Of a DNA stretch of 64,000 bases, positions 1 to 13,732 are shown in pieces. The position numbers and the translations under genes are program-made. The stretch covers positions 35,030,001 to 35,094,000 of the forward strand of contig OZ241829.1 of the NCBI GenBank assembly GCA_965202585.1, written 5' to 3'. Positions within the stretch are counted from its first letter, which is position 1, and every line of letters starts with the position of its first letter. The notes under the pieces were generated by a model, which was not told the origin of the DNA, did not search any database, and worked only from the letters and a program-made list of their open reading frames with translations. The DNA comes from Thalia democratica (Eukaryota).

Positions 1-636
1 TTTCTGGTTAAACATTTAGTAGCTTTATATCAAATTATTAAAAGTTAAAAAAAAGTTAAATTTTAAAACTGTTTATTGATATTCTTTTATATGCTTATAA
101 AGTAATAATCAAACTAGGTTTAGATAATTTATTGATAAATTAAATAAAAAGTTTTAACTACTACTGAATGGTATAAACATAACTTATTTATCATATAAAC
201 TTAAAGTCAGAAATATTAAAAGTAAATGAGTTTCATTAGTATTTCATGCTATAGTCTTATATGAATTACTATACCAAATTGATATTTGATATCAAACGGT
301 GTTAAGTCTATCTAAAATTATTCAACATAAATACACAGTATAGATATTGGTAATTAAGAATTATATTATGTTTTCTACAATCTACATTTTTTACTTTGAT
401 AGCTGATATTTAAATATTTATAAAACTTTTTCACAACAAAGAAATTTATGTAACACTTTTCTAAAACTATTTTTACATCTAAAAAATCTTGAACTTTGAA
501 ACATATCTTGTTACTTTTTTGAGGACATAAAAAAATCATAGTTTAAACTTTAAACAATTTCGTGCTGTTCCACCTAAACAATCAACTTTCTTAACTCAAA
601 CAACCATTACCTTCAAACCAGTCTGAATTTTTTTAG

Positions 637-3600
637 GTATTTCAACAACATTCTGTACGTGAGAGCCAATAAGGTGGTGATTGATGACCCGAGGGTGGAG
701 TTTGTAAACAAGACCACGCTGAGCAAGCTAAAAATAAACGGTGTCACCACGACCGATGAGGGGTGGTACAGATGCGAGGTCAGCAACGGTGAATTCAGAA
801 GCGGCAAAAAAACGTTTGTTCGCATCACCTTCAGTTAGTTTGTTTTTTGTTTAGTCCCATTAAAAAAAGAAGTTTATTAGCTTTGTTTGAATGTTGAACC
901 TTTAAAACTTTTTTTTTTGAGTTAATACAATGATGTGAAAATTACTTTAAAACTAGTTACTTGATCTTTAATAAATATTTTTTTGATACGTTTCCGAAAA
1001 CAGTTTCATTATTATAGAAATAAGTACACAAGTTTTAGCAAAAAAGTGATTGATTAAATCAAAATTTTTTGAAAGTTATTCATATAAACTTACTTGCTTT
1101 TAAATAGATTCGTTCTAAACTTATATTATTTAGATTAAAGTGTAATAACTTAACCAAACATAAGTTAATTTTTTTTTTGCAGAAAAAGCTCCTCATTATG
1201 ACCCGTGAGTTTTAATTTTTGTATGAAACTTTTAAGATTGAAAAACTTAATGTTATATGGTTTTTATTCAAGTTCTATATTTCAATGACTTCAGTACACA
1301 ATATCTATAAAAACAGAATTATTCCCAAAGGAAGTTGCGAAGTTTACACTGGAAGTGCCTGTGAAACTTTTTTGAAGGGAAAAAATGTGTACATAGATCC
1401 CGATATGAGCCAAGAGGAAACAGAAAAACTAGTTATAAGTGCTTTGACCGTGCTTGGTTAGAACAAAACACAGTTTTTTAATTAACTACAAGAATAAAAA
1501 TGGTTTTAATTTTTTACGATTTGTAAAATATAATATCTGCATTTTTTTTAGTCAAACATATTAGTTGAAATTTGAACGTAGTAGAGCATTTTTTTATAAC
1601 TACTTGTAAAAGTACAACACTAGAAGTAATTTAAATGTTAAGTCTAAGTGTCTAACGTGGTTCATCAACTGTAAAAACCAAATTTAATGATGCATGGTAT
1701 TTAAAAAAAATAATATTAAATGTAAAATGTTATATTAAGTAAAAATAGCTACACTCTATCAACTAAAAAAATTGATTATAAGTTACAATATCTATGAATT
1801 GAATATGTGTAGCTGAAATCATTTCTTACTATAAAACTATGAAACATTTTTACTGTATAAATTGTAACCGTATGGTAAACAGGTATTTATATAATAAAAC
1901 AAAATTCAATATAGCCTTATCATTTTAGTATTTACAAAAGTATTCAGTCTGATATTATAAACATTAACTTAAGTTGAAAGTTTAAGTAAACTACATTAAG
2001 GTAAAATTATTTTCATATAACTGTGAACTATTAATTTTACTGCAAATATTTCAATCGAAAATGTAAATAAGTAAACTTATTGTAACCAAGCACGAACGCA
2101 GGGAGCAAGGCGAACAGAGTTTCGCAGAAGTGCAAGGCGCAGGCCTACCCGGCCATTTGCTACTTCTTGTACGCACCTTGCCGGCAAGCCAGCGATAAAG
2201 ACCAGCTTTGCAAGGAGGATTGCGAAGCGACCAAGTTCGACATGTGCCGGGAAGAGCTGGAAAGTTCTGCCTTCAACTCGCAGTTGCAAGTGAGTTGTTT
2301 GCAATTATTGATTTTTTTTTAATTGTTGATTAAACCTTTTGTGAGTTTTGTATTTATTCAGCTGTTTAGTTTCGGCCATGTACATTGTACACTTACTAAT
2401 GTTTTTATTACTATTTAATTACTTTGGTTTAAACTGCTCATTAAAAAGGAAATTACAACATTATTTAGTGTAATGATTTATTTCACTAAAATGAAGTTGC
2501 TTACAGTTAACTTATAACTCAAACTCTTTAAGGTTTGAAAACCTAAAGTTTTTGTTTCAAGTAAAGTTTCAAATTAAGTTTATTTGTTTCAAATAAAGCT
2601 CATTATACTCTTTACTTTCACATATAGGAAAAAAATCAATAAGCATAACTTTTGAGTCTTTTGGGATTTATCGATTTTAAGTTGCCTGTCAATTTTTCGA
2701 ACATTTTTGTCAGTTAATAGTTTGTAGTTTATTTTTTTCAGCTATCAAGTTTTGAATTAGAAGTTTATTATTTACATAACAAAAAATATTCTAGGTAAGA
2801 TTTTGTTTCGTTTGTATAAAATTAGTTGTGTTAATTAGCCTCTAAGCTAAGCTTCAACAATTAATTGAGTTAGAAATGAGCTGTTTATAGACTCAAAAAG
2901 TTTAAAACATGCAAACTAAAAGTGTTTAAATTTTTAATGACCAAAATTGAAAAGTATTAGCTAAAACTAAAAGCTTAAAACTAATGCGATATAACAAGTT
3001 ATAAGTATTCAAATCCAATCTTAACTATTTTATAGTGTAAAAACTAACTACATTACATCTAGTTATGATTTAAAGATAAAAACGAAATCCATCTTACTTA
3101 AAACTTTTCTTTAAAAAAACTTATATAGAAACTACAAACCTGAAAAAAAATATATAAAAGTTGATAACTAACATTTTAAAAATTACAGGAGTTATTTCGA
3201 AGCGTAGACTGTTCAAACTTGCCATTGAACAAATGTACGAGTTTGAAACTTCCAAACTCACCAACATGCTACAATAAGACGGGCACTGACTACAAAGGAC
3301 GTGTTTCGGTAACTAACACTGGAAGAAACTGTCTGCCATGGCCTCAGTCCGTGACTAAAAATAACGACAAATTTATACAAGTAAGTGCTTTTTATGAACA
3401 AAAGCAAAAATTTCTTTTATCGAAAAACTTTAGTATAAAGCATACTAAACTTGTTTTTTTCTTATATAAGGTATAACTTGTTTAGTGGTAAGTTATATAA
3501 AAAGACGATCTAGTTAGCAATGAGTAATAAATTGACTTATTATTTGCAACAAAAAACTTTAACAGCTTCATTTAGATTTAAATCAAGGATTTCTCAAAGC

Positions 3601-6600
3601 TAATCAGAAAGTTTTTAATTATTAATTTTATTTAAAAGAACTAAAAAAAAAGCACTAAACAGCTAGTTTTTAAGAATTTTTAGTTACTTTATGAAAACTA
3701 CATTTTGATGTCACTCTGTATTTATAAAAACTTATTAAATTTTCTTATATAATTTATTATAAAAACAAACCCTCAAGCATCAACTCGTATCAATTTTCAG
3801 CTTTAAAAAAATTCTACTCAGTTAGTGTCAAGTAACAAAATTAAACATGTTACGTTTTTTTTTCAATCCACGTTGACAGTAGCTAGACCGTACACTAGAA
3901 AGACGTGCCATATCGCGTTTTACACACAATTGGTGAGCTTGCAAAAGGTTGTTTTGTCACGGGGATTAGCCCGATACAATATCCGGATTTACAGTCGGCT
4001 GTGTAAACTGAAACCCGTCGAGTGTACATAGCAGCTCACAAAGTTTACGCTGATTTACTGTCACAATTACAACTGCCGTTGCTAAATATAGACTCAGCTG
4101 AGCAGCATTGTTTAACTTACCTGGTTGTGTTGTGCAAAAACGTTTTCATTAGTCAAGGTCTGGTTAGATGTAAGGTCATGGTAACATTTTTTAGTGTATA
4201 AATATAAATAAAACAACCTATCTTTACTTTAACTAAATTTTGTAATTGTTTTTAATTAATAATAAATATTTTTTTTTGGTTTTAGATCTTAATCTTTTAA
4301 TAACGTTGTTAAAAAACTTTTACAAACTAGTTTTTGTTATACTTTAAAAAATTTAATACAAAAGTAGAATATAAATAACAGAGTAGACATAAATAATAAA
4401 AAAAGCTTTTTGGATTAGAAATTAAAGTTTTAACTTACACCTACAAGTTTTATACTTAAGTTTGTTCTATTTAAAAGTTTTCATGCATTACAGAACACTA
4501 TTAGTTACTTTCAAAGTTAGTAATTTAAAATAAGTAGAACTTGATACTTTATGAGTTTCATCTTTTTGCAAAATATTTTTACTGAATTTGTATTTTTGTT
4601 ATATATTTTTAGAAATACTTTTTGGTCTAATCTAAAATTTTGACAAGTGATAACACAAACATGTTTCAGAACTCAAAACTGCTAGGGCAGCACAACTTCT
4701 GCCGAAATCCTGATGGAAGTCTCGATAAGCCGTGGTGCTATGTAAATAAAAAATACACCATCAAGGAAAAGTGCAAAATGGATTTGTGTGGTTAGCTTAG
4801 TCTTTTTTTTTTGTATATACAGTTAGGTAGAACTAACTAAAAGATATGTTTGATTCTTAAACTTTGTTATTATTTAAACACTTTTAGAGTTAGTTTTTTA
4901 GGAGAAAAACAATTATTCAATTCATTTTAGTTTAAGACAATTTTAAATAATATTTAACTATTTTTCTCCTTAATTATAAACTCATTTTGAAGCCACAGAA
5001 ACTGACATTTAATTAATTAATTTTTTTTATCTTTGTTATAAATAGCTCACAATAAAAACTATTTAAGTCTTAGCTTATTAAACTATAATAAATGAATTCG
5101 AATGCTTTTAAAGTTCAAATAAAATAGTTACTTATGTATACTCGCTATACAGGCCTACCAAAACATTTCAGACATAGTGTTACACAAACGATGTTAAACT
5201 TAGTAAAACCTAATGCCATAAAATACTTGCATGCAATGTTTGATGTTTTAATTTTCAGTGGAGCCTGCAAACGACAGCAAAAACCTAGCGCCGATAATAA
5301 TTCCGAGCATATGTGTGCCTTTCATCGTCGGCTGCATTGTCTTCGCCTTTTGTTTTTGCCGCAAAAGCACTGCGAAGAGGACTAAAGGCTTGAGCGACAA
5401 TGGGGACATGAAAGAGCTGAAAAGTTTAACTCATGAAAAGCACACGACTCTTGACGGCAGCCACATTAACAGCAATTCAACTTCTGTCAGCTTCAAAAAA
5501 GTAAAGAGCTTTTAGTTTTGTTTGTACCTGCTTAATTTGTTAACAACTAGTTTTGAAACTAACTTTGCCTCGATGTTTAAAAAATATTAGAAAACCATGT
5601 TCAGCAGTCAATTGTAGTAATTTTAATTAGATGTTATAAGTTTTTTGTTAACAAAGTACAAATTATTTTTACTTTTGAAATCACACTTTTTTTACTTTAA
5701 AATTAATTTGAAAAAAAAACTCTATCAGAGTATACTGAAAAGGATAATCAATTTAATTCCTTTTTAATATAAAATATTTGTACCATCTATCAACGCTTAA
5801 TGCTGTTTAAGTCAGACTAGTGCTAATAAATCATTTAAAATAAGTGTACAATGTTAAAAAATTATGAAACGTTGCTATTTTATTTAATTGTAACCGCATA
5901 TTTTTATTTTATATAAGTTATAAAATAAACACCAAATAAACTTCAAGCTTTCTTCACTTAAACTTTACTGGGATATTGAAAAAACCTTTGACGCGGTTTT
6001 AAAAGGCTTTATATAAAGCTAATCGGGTTGAACACGTTGAACATGTTTGTACGTTATTATTCAGCCAATTTATAAATGTAGTCAACTTCACGTTTTCAGT
6101 TTCAACGAGTTCCAGAACTAAACACAAATTCAGTCTTACTTATCGACGAAATTGGAGAGGGTCAGTTTGGAAAAGTTTACAGAGCAAATATTTTGCCTAA
6201 CAATCTGTTTTGCACTAATTTGAACGTGAGTGATTTTATTTTAATGCAGTAAATTAAAAAATAAATACTTTTTGTCTTTACTCGTTATTATAAAAATCGA
6301 TGCTAACGTTAATTATAACAACTAATTTTTTTGTTTTCAAATCTTTTAGAAGTTGTGTTAAAATTTTATAACTATGTAAATATTTCCATGTTTTTTAAAT
6401 GCTGACAAATAATTAATTTTGCAACAACTGTACCTACAATTTCTGCTTTGTTCAGTGACTAACCACTAATTTAATCAATATGATAAAAAAGTCTCGGCAT
6501 ATCTCAAATAGACATCTTAATATGTATAGAAATAAAAAAAAGTTAGATTTATTAAGTTGATATCGAACACAAACTACGTTTTTTGTCCGTTTATCTGTTG

Positions 6601-9600
6601 AAATGTTTTGCAAGCCTAAAATTATAATTATTAATTTTTCATGACTATTTTTTTGATAAGTTTTTTTTTTGACAAAATCTGATAAAACTCAAAAAAAGCT
6701 TTATTCTAAAAAGCCCCGAAAACTCAAAGTTGTTTTAAATGCAGGTGGCTGTGAAAACACTGGCGGATATTTCACTGTCGACGCAGGAAGATGAATTTCA
6801 GAGGGAAATAAATGTTTTCAGCGAGCTGCAACATGAAAACATTGCATGTTTGAAAGTAAGAAATATGTTTATTATTAACTGCTGGCATTGTAGTTCGTAA
6901 GAATGTTGTGGCGTGTTAAAAAAACACAAACATAGCTAGAACGTCAACAAAAAATAGATTGTAAAGTAATGTTTTTACTAAAAAATACAAAACTGTCTTA
7001 GTAGATTATAAAAAAAAAATGCTGAATTTATTGGGTACAGAGCTGATTTAAATAATAGTACAAGTTCGACTTAATTTTTCTACTTATTACCAGATTTCAA
7101 TATTCCGACCTTATCAAATACTAATAAAATATTAAATCCCTCAAAACTAAAAAAAAGTGCATTAATCTATTTTTTAAACTTGCAGGCAATTGTTTTGCAA
7201 CCGTCTCTCAGATGCATGATATTCGAGTATTCCTCCATGGGAGACTTGCACGAGTTTGTGGTGCTGAGGAGCCCGCAGTCAGATGTCGTGCAACCGAATC
7301 TCAGCAACAACGGTGGTAGTCAAGCGTCCAGCCTCATTGAACCCGGAGATTTTATAACCATGGCTAAGCAGGTTGAATATATGTAGCTTTATATGTTTTT
7401 TTTGTATACAATCAATACAATACTTAGTTAAAACTTTATTATTTTATTCCGTAACATTTTAGAGCTCTTTCATTTTCTCTTATCAATAGAAATTTGTTGA
7501 AGGTCATTTCTTTCATAATTTTTTTAGCAAGATTTTATAAAACGTATATAGTTATGAAGTGTTTATGACAAGACAACTTGAACTTTAAATGTAAATAAAT
7601 ATGTTTGTATTGATTTATAGTGGTATGAAAGCTAAACAGAAATTGAAAACAAAATGTTTTTTTTTTTTTTAATTTTAAAGTTTTTTTTAGTTACTGCATT
7701 TAAACATTAGTTGTAATTAATCTATCTGGTTTTATAGCAAGCTTAAATAAAATAGTATACCAACCTTTAGTAAGTTAGTTAGTCAAAATCTCTACAAACG
7801 CTGAATAAACAACTTATGTTGTTATTGAAACCATTCATATGGAACGTATACGTTATTGCCACAAGGTCATTAATCGAAATTTCATTGGACTTGACTATAA
7901 TAAGAACTTTAGAAATGTTATTTAAGAATTTCATTTTTTATATGTTTATAAACTTTGATAAACATTGTTTCAGATTGCTAGTGGTATGGACTACTTAAGC
8001 AGTAGAAACTTTGTGCATAGAGATTTGGCTGCTAGAAATGTTTTTGTAAGTGTTAACAACCAGATGAAAATATCTAATTTGGCCATAGTCAGGGATTCTT
8101 ATCTTAGTTGCTATTACAGAAGTCCACAAGGTGGTCAAATGCTTCCTATAAGGTAGAAAAAATTTGAATATTAACAAACTTATATTTTTATATAATGGTA
8201 CCAATATGATCAAATTTTAAGTTTTTTTGTTTCAATAGTTATAACAACGGGTTTAAGAACGAATTAGGTATACTTTATACTACAATTTTTATTTTTGTAA
8301 AACTTATGCGGTTATCAGCTTTATTTTTCTTTCAAATTTTTTTAAAATTTAGTTTTTATTTTGTTTTCCTTACTGGCTCACAACCATTAAACGTGAGTGT
8401 TTACCGTATGCAAAACTGACTTAAGTTTATAAACATATAGTAAGATATACTTAGAAAAAACAGTATAATATAGCTCCAATTTTTATCACGCGTTCGACCA
8501 TAATTTATCTAAGATAATCTAACTCTATAATTTATTGGGACTTTAAAGCTTATTTTTAAAAACTGACTCTAAGTGATTTGACGTTATTGTAACAAAAAAA
8601 GAGTATAATCAAAAAATTAACTAATAAAATAAAAATTTAAGATGGATGGCGCCTGAATCGTTACAGTCATGGCAGTTTAGTGACAAGTCAGCGGTTTGGT
8701 CGTTCGGTGTTTTACTGTGGGAGATGTTTTCTTACGGAATGCAACCCTACTGTGGCTACTCTAATCACGAGGTAAAAAATTTCATACAAAAAAAAGACTA
8801 ACGATATCATAAAAAGCACGCTTGCTACAACAAAATCACAAAGCTTACTATCAAAAATAGTATAAATTATCAAGTATACTTAAGTTGTAACTTTCTATAT
8901 CGACCGTCAAACACAACAAAATAAATAAATACTTTTATATTATAGCTTATAACTATATTATAACTTTTTGGTAGTAAAACTAAAACATTTAAACTAAATA
9001 TTTAACATTTCAAGGTCTTGGAAATGATAAGTAGGAGGCAGCTACTTGACTGCCCTGACCAATGCTCTGCTAAAATTTACTCTCTTATGATGGAATGTTG
9101 GTGTGAGCACCCAGTACAAAGACCTTCTTTCAAGGTGAGAAACTAAATAGATATTTTTAACCTTAAAGGTTTTTAATGTTGATGGCAAAATTTATCTTAA
9201 GTTTTATATAATATATTTTGTGCAGTAGGTAGTTGAAAAACTTTTGTAAAAGTCTCGAAAATTTAAAGATAAACATAACAAGTTCAAAATCACATTTTTG
9301 AATTATTTTTCAAACTTACTCAGGAGTTACTCGTAAAACTACAAGGATGGGAGCAACAAAGTTCTGCTCGAATGACCTCTCAAATAGCTCAAGGAATTAT
9401 GACGTCACAGTTAAACAGACACATGAACTTTTCGCCTCAACCTCTCACTAACAAGTTTAACAACTTCCAGCAAAATAGGTAAAAACAAACTGAGACATTT
9501 TTTTTTGTAGTATTTTTCGGTGATAATCTTTTATCAAAGTACAAGTAACAGTGACAAGATGTTTTAGTAAGGTTAAAACAATATTTTTTTTTTAACTTTT

Positions 9601-10317
9601 ATGCAAAAGTAGTTTAATTTAAATCATATTTGCCAATTAAAATTTTAATAGGTTAAAAGTAGTTTAAACAACTAAAAATCTTTAAAAATAATAGGTATCT
9701 TTAAGCAAATTGTTTTTAAATACACTTGTAACTTCACCTAATTGATATCTTTATAAAACATACTTAAAAACAGCAACTACGGGCAACAACTCTTCAACCA
9801 TCCGCAGCAAAACTTCCAACAAAACCCCAAGCTAAACAGTCCCTATAACAACCAGTTCATATCACCGCCACCACCGTCGTACAGCCAGCAGCAAAATTAC
9901 ATTCAGGGCCCGCCTTCCACGCACTCCAGCAGCGCTACCAGCTCGTCAAGCAGGGGCAGGAACAATTTTCAACCCATGCGGCAACACAACGGGTTTGGTG
10001 GCGCGAACGGGGGGTTCCAGTACCAGCCTCCGTTGCATAGCAACCAGGTCATGCACCAGAGGTCGGTGTTGAGCGACGTCAAAGAGCTTGAAGATGACAA
10101 CGCGGTCGGCGGGGAAAGCGAAGCGCTCATCCCGAAAAAGCCCACCATCCCTTCGAAGCCACCCGTGAGACCCATGAAAATGGACGGCGAAAAATACGGG
10201 GGATCGGACGTTTCCTGGGCGAGCGCAAAAGCGACATCTTGTGACAGCGGCGTTCCGCCCGACTGCGACGTCTTGAGCGCTCAAGGGGTCCGGATGACGT
10301 CACAATCGACTAACTGA
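637..10317 (+). CDS. ROR: ROR-family receptor tyrosine kinase (Ig - Frizzled CRD - kringle - TM - kinase - Pro/Ser-rich tail), 5' end outside window, probable pseudokinase
   Basis: 15 exons, all with AG/GT ends and consistent phases: 637-833, 1183-1204, 1317-1456, 2102-2289, 3189-3380, 4670-4790, 5259-5500, 6100-6225, 6745-6855, 7186-7371, 7974-8152, 8642-8771, 9015-9134, 9324-9478, 9774-10317. Motifs: Ig DEGWYRCEV; [14 protein letters not shown]...CYFLYAPC...LCKEDC; kringle DYKGRVSVT...CLPW...HNFCRNPDG...PWCY; [24 protein letters not shown]; kinase [18 protein letters not shown], YxxxYY, WMAPES. Confidence 0.93.
3850..4180. other. GC-enriched non-coding island inside a ROR intron (candidate cis-regulatory element or antisense exon)
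   Basis: Visibly higher GC/CpG than the flanking intron; no recognisable protein in any frame; AAGGTC(A)-type half-sites at 4153-4160 and 4171-4178; consensus minus-strand donor CAG|GTAAGT at ~4115-4123. Confidence 0.3.
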
Positions 10318-13222
10318 ATTTGAATTAGATCAACTAAAGAGTTGCGAGAGGTAGAAAGAAAGCCGTAATGGTTTTGAAAGCAGGGATTTTTTAGGATGAA
10401 AAACCTTTGAATGCGTACAACTAAATGTGACTTATCCTTATTAAGGTTTTAAAGTAAACTGTTTTTATTTATACTTTATTTTTACTTTAATCGTTTATAG
10501 TCAAAAAATGTTCTTTAGCTTCCAATCAAAAAAACTAGTTTCTAATTCTTTCGATATAACTTGTATATTAAAAATCTAAAAATTTCATAGGAAATTTAGC
10601 TACTGCCATACATGTTTTTTTTTGTTTATCTGTAAATGTAATACTTTATAGTTATAAAGCTAACAGTTTTTTGTGTTAATGATTAAATTTTACACCGATT
10701 TAATTAAATTATAATTTTATAAAAACATTACTTGACTATAGCGAAATATTTTCTTTTTTTATATTTGAGTTACATACACAAAATAAAATAAATACTTAGT
10801 TAAAATCTAATGTATATCTTTTACAGTTATGAGTATAATAAGTAAATTAATTACCAATGAAAATGCGTTTATTTAAGTTTTGTTATGTTTACTTTAGAAC
10901 TAGTATTTTGTAAACAATTGTTAAATACTTTTTGAAGAACGGTGTTCTTTACTATAAATAAAATTTTTAGGATAGTATGTTGTTGTATCACGCTTGTTTT
11001 TCTCGTATTTAGATATTTACGGTTAATATTAGACTTCGAAAAATAATTAGTTTAAGTTTTAGACACATTTGAAACAATAAACCATTGTTTTTAAGAAAAA
11101 TTGACTTTTTGATCTCTGTCCCTTGGGAGTCATAAATTTTATTTTACACTTTCTAAAAATAAGTGACTATAATAACATAGATTTAACCTATCTGATTTAA
11201 AATCTAATAAAAACGATTATATATATTTTTAACCCCTTTTTAACACCTGTAAGTTGAATAAACAATATTTACGTAAGTCTACATAACAAATTAAGATAAA
11301 TATTTTTTCTTCTATATAAAAAAATTTACAAAAACAAAAATATCTTACAGCTGCATTTGCAGTTTAATAAACAGAATAATATCACATGTTAGTATAATTA
11401 AAAACAATAATATCAATGCCAATACAGATTAAAAAAATCGCAATTGCTGTAAAGGAACAATATAAAAGTAATAAAATAAAAATTCAAACAAAACTATGAA
11501 CAAAATTCTACTTATAAAATGTAAAGTATCATGTTTTAAATTGTTGATAAAGTTTCAATTGATTAACCAATGTTTTGAAAACCAAACATCATCTTATTTC
11601 ATTAACATTTATGTTAGAAATATAGTCTTTAATTTAGAAAACTTAATAGTAACATGATTTAACAAAAAAAAAAATTAACATCTTTTTGAGAATAAGTTTT
11701 ATATTACTTTTATATACCATCATACTAATTTAAACAATAGAAGAAAAAATAACTTTTCGATAAGTAAAAAACAAATGCACCTAAAAAATAGATGATTTAT
11801 ATACTTCCAGTTTTAACTTGATTTTTGTAAATATAACAAAATATTTTTTTTTTCTTATTATTTTTCTATAAATGAAGAACTTTATCATAATTATTAATTT
11901 ACAATAAATAATATTACGCTAGATTTAGAGAAGTTAATAGAATAAACTGAGATATATTTTATCCTTATAAATTTTGTCAAAGCTTATAACAAACAGTACA
12001 AAGCACTATTTTCTTATTTTTCAACTAAATAAAAAATATTTTCTATATTGTCTTTATAGGTTTTTGAATTAGACTGTAGTTTATCGGATTGAAAACGATT
12101 TAAATAGCTATCAGACGAATAAAAAAGTATTTGGGTGAAAAGGGCCCAAATTGGAATAACAGCTTTTTCTTAAATTAACTTAAAAACGTTGTACTCAAGA
12201 TTGCCATTATTGTTTTATAAAGTATGTTAACACTAAAATGTTACTTAATTAAGTTTGTAAATACTTAAGGAAAAATTTAGTAATATAAACTTACTACAAC
12301 TAAAATTTTGTATTTTAATAGAATCTTTAATTAATACTGTCTTTTAACTTTACAACTTTTTGAGCTTTTATAAAAACTACAGTTTTTATTTATTCTGTAA
12401 TAGTAAGTACTTGAACAAAATTTTGTATTTTTTTTTGCAATATAGTGGCTTTACATAGCTATATTAGAAAACACTTTATAAACTTAACTCTTTTTAATCT
12501 ATCAGCTTTTAAACTGTAAAGTTAATTCATCAAAACTGAAAGAGGTGCTAAAAATTTAAATTACAAATTTTATAATTTTAAATCTAGCTCTATAGTTCCA
12601 AATCAGAAAATGTATGAATTTTCCGTAAAACACAGTTAACTATAAAAGCTTACAAATTTGGCACTGAAAATTTTATTTTACTGTTAGCTATTCAGAGTTT
12701 AAAGTTAATCGTTTGCTAATAAAGATCCTAGGGAAACCAGTTCACTGAATTATACAACATTCTATTATTTATTTTATTGTTAATACTATTATTAACCATT
12801 AATCTACAACAATCTGTAGTTATTTTATACCATTTGCAGATTATTATTGATATGATATGATGCATTATTATTAACAGATTACTCATTTTGTTTTATATTT
12901 TATTATACAAAGCTTTTCAAAACTATACTAGTTTCATTCTCAATAAATAAATGTTAAATAAATTTTGAAAGAAAAGATTGGTCAGTAAACAGCTTAAAAA
13001 ATAACTTTAAAATATGACGTATGAATAAAGTTAGTTAAATAAAAAATTAAGAGATTTTGCAAGTAAAACTAAAGTAAAGGTATGTTTATTAATAAATTGT
13101 TAATAATTTTGCCATTCCATTTAATGCTATTTGCGTATTTAAATTAGGTCGCTCTTCCTCAATCAATATTGATTCCAGGCTGTAGAGTTCGCTTTGTTTA
13201 TATCGTTTCAAAACTTTAAAGT

Positions 13223-13551
13223 AAATGCTCGGAAGTATTTGACGCAAATGTTATTTATAAATACACCTGCACTGCAGATCAAAGCATCTCTTACATTAGA
13301 GAAACATCACGGCAAATATTCCGACGAATTATAGACCACTGCGGAACAGATAAAAACAGCGCAACATTTGAACATCTTTTAATTGCACACCCTGTCAAAA
13401 CTCTGACATAGTTCAAAACTTTAAAGTTTTGAAACAATGTAAACAAAGCGAACTCTACAACATGGAATCAATATTGGTTGAGGAAGAGCGACCTAATTTA
13501 AATACGCAAATAGCATTAAATGGAAAAGCAAAATTATTAACAATTTGTTAA
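13223..13551 (+). pseudogene. Degenerate GIY-YIG endonuclease of the Penelope-like element
   Basis: Translates NVIYKYTCTADQSISYIRETSRQIFRRIIDH...SATFEHL, then a 1-nt frameshift near 13380, then NCTPCQNSDIVQNFKVLKQC...NMESILVEEERPNLNTQ...LLTIC*. YIG is mutated to YIR. Confidence 0.85.
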
Positions 13552-13691
13552 TAAACATACCTTTACTTTAGTTTTACTTACTAAATCTCTAAATTTTGTA
13601 CTTATTTGAGTTTGTTCATACGTCATGATTTAAAGTTACTTTTTAAGCTGTTTACAAACAAGTTTTTTTTCAAATTTTATTTAACATTTAT

Positions 13692-13732
13692 CACTTGAGG
13701 ATGAAACTAGTATAGTTTTGAAAAGCTTTGTG
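13692..13732 (+). ncRNA. Decayed hammerhead-ribozyme-like motif in the PLE 3' region
   Basis: CAC-TTGAGGA-T-[GAAAC tagtata GTTTT]-GAAA-AGCTTT-GTG: resembles the CUGAnGA/GAAA core with stem II and a palindromic stem III. The first core C is T and the cleavage triplet is poor. Confidence 0.35.

Noticed and set aside
4115-4124. ACTTACCTGG matching the U1 snRNA 5' end
   Set aside because: The downstream sequence does not continue as U1; it is simply the complement of a splice-donor consensus.
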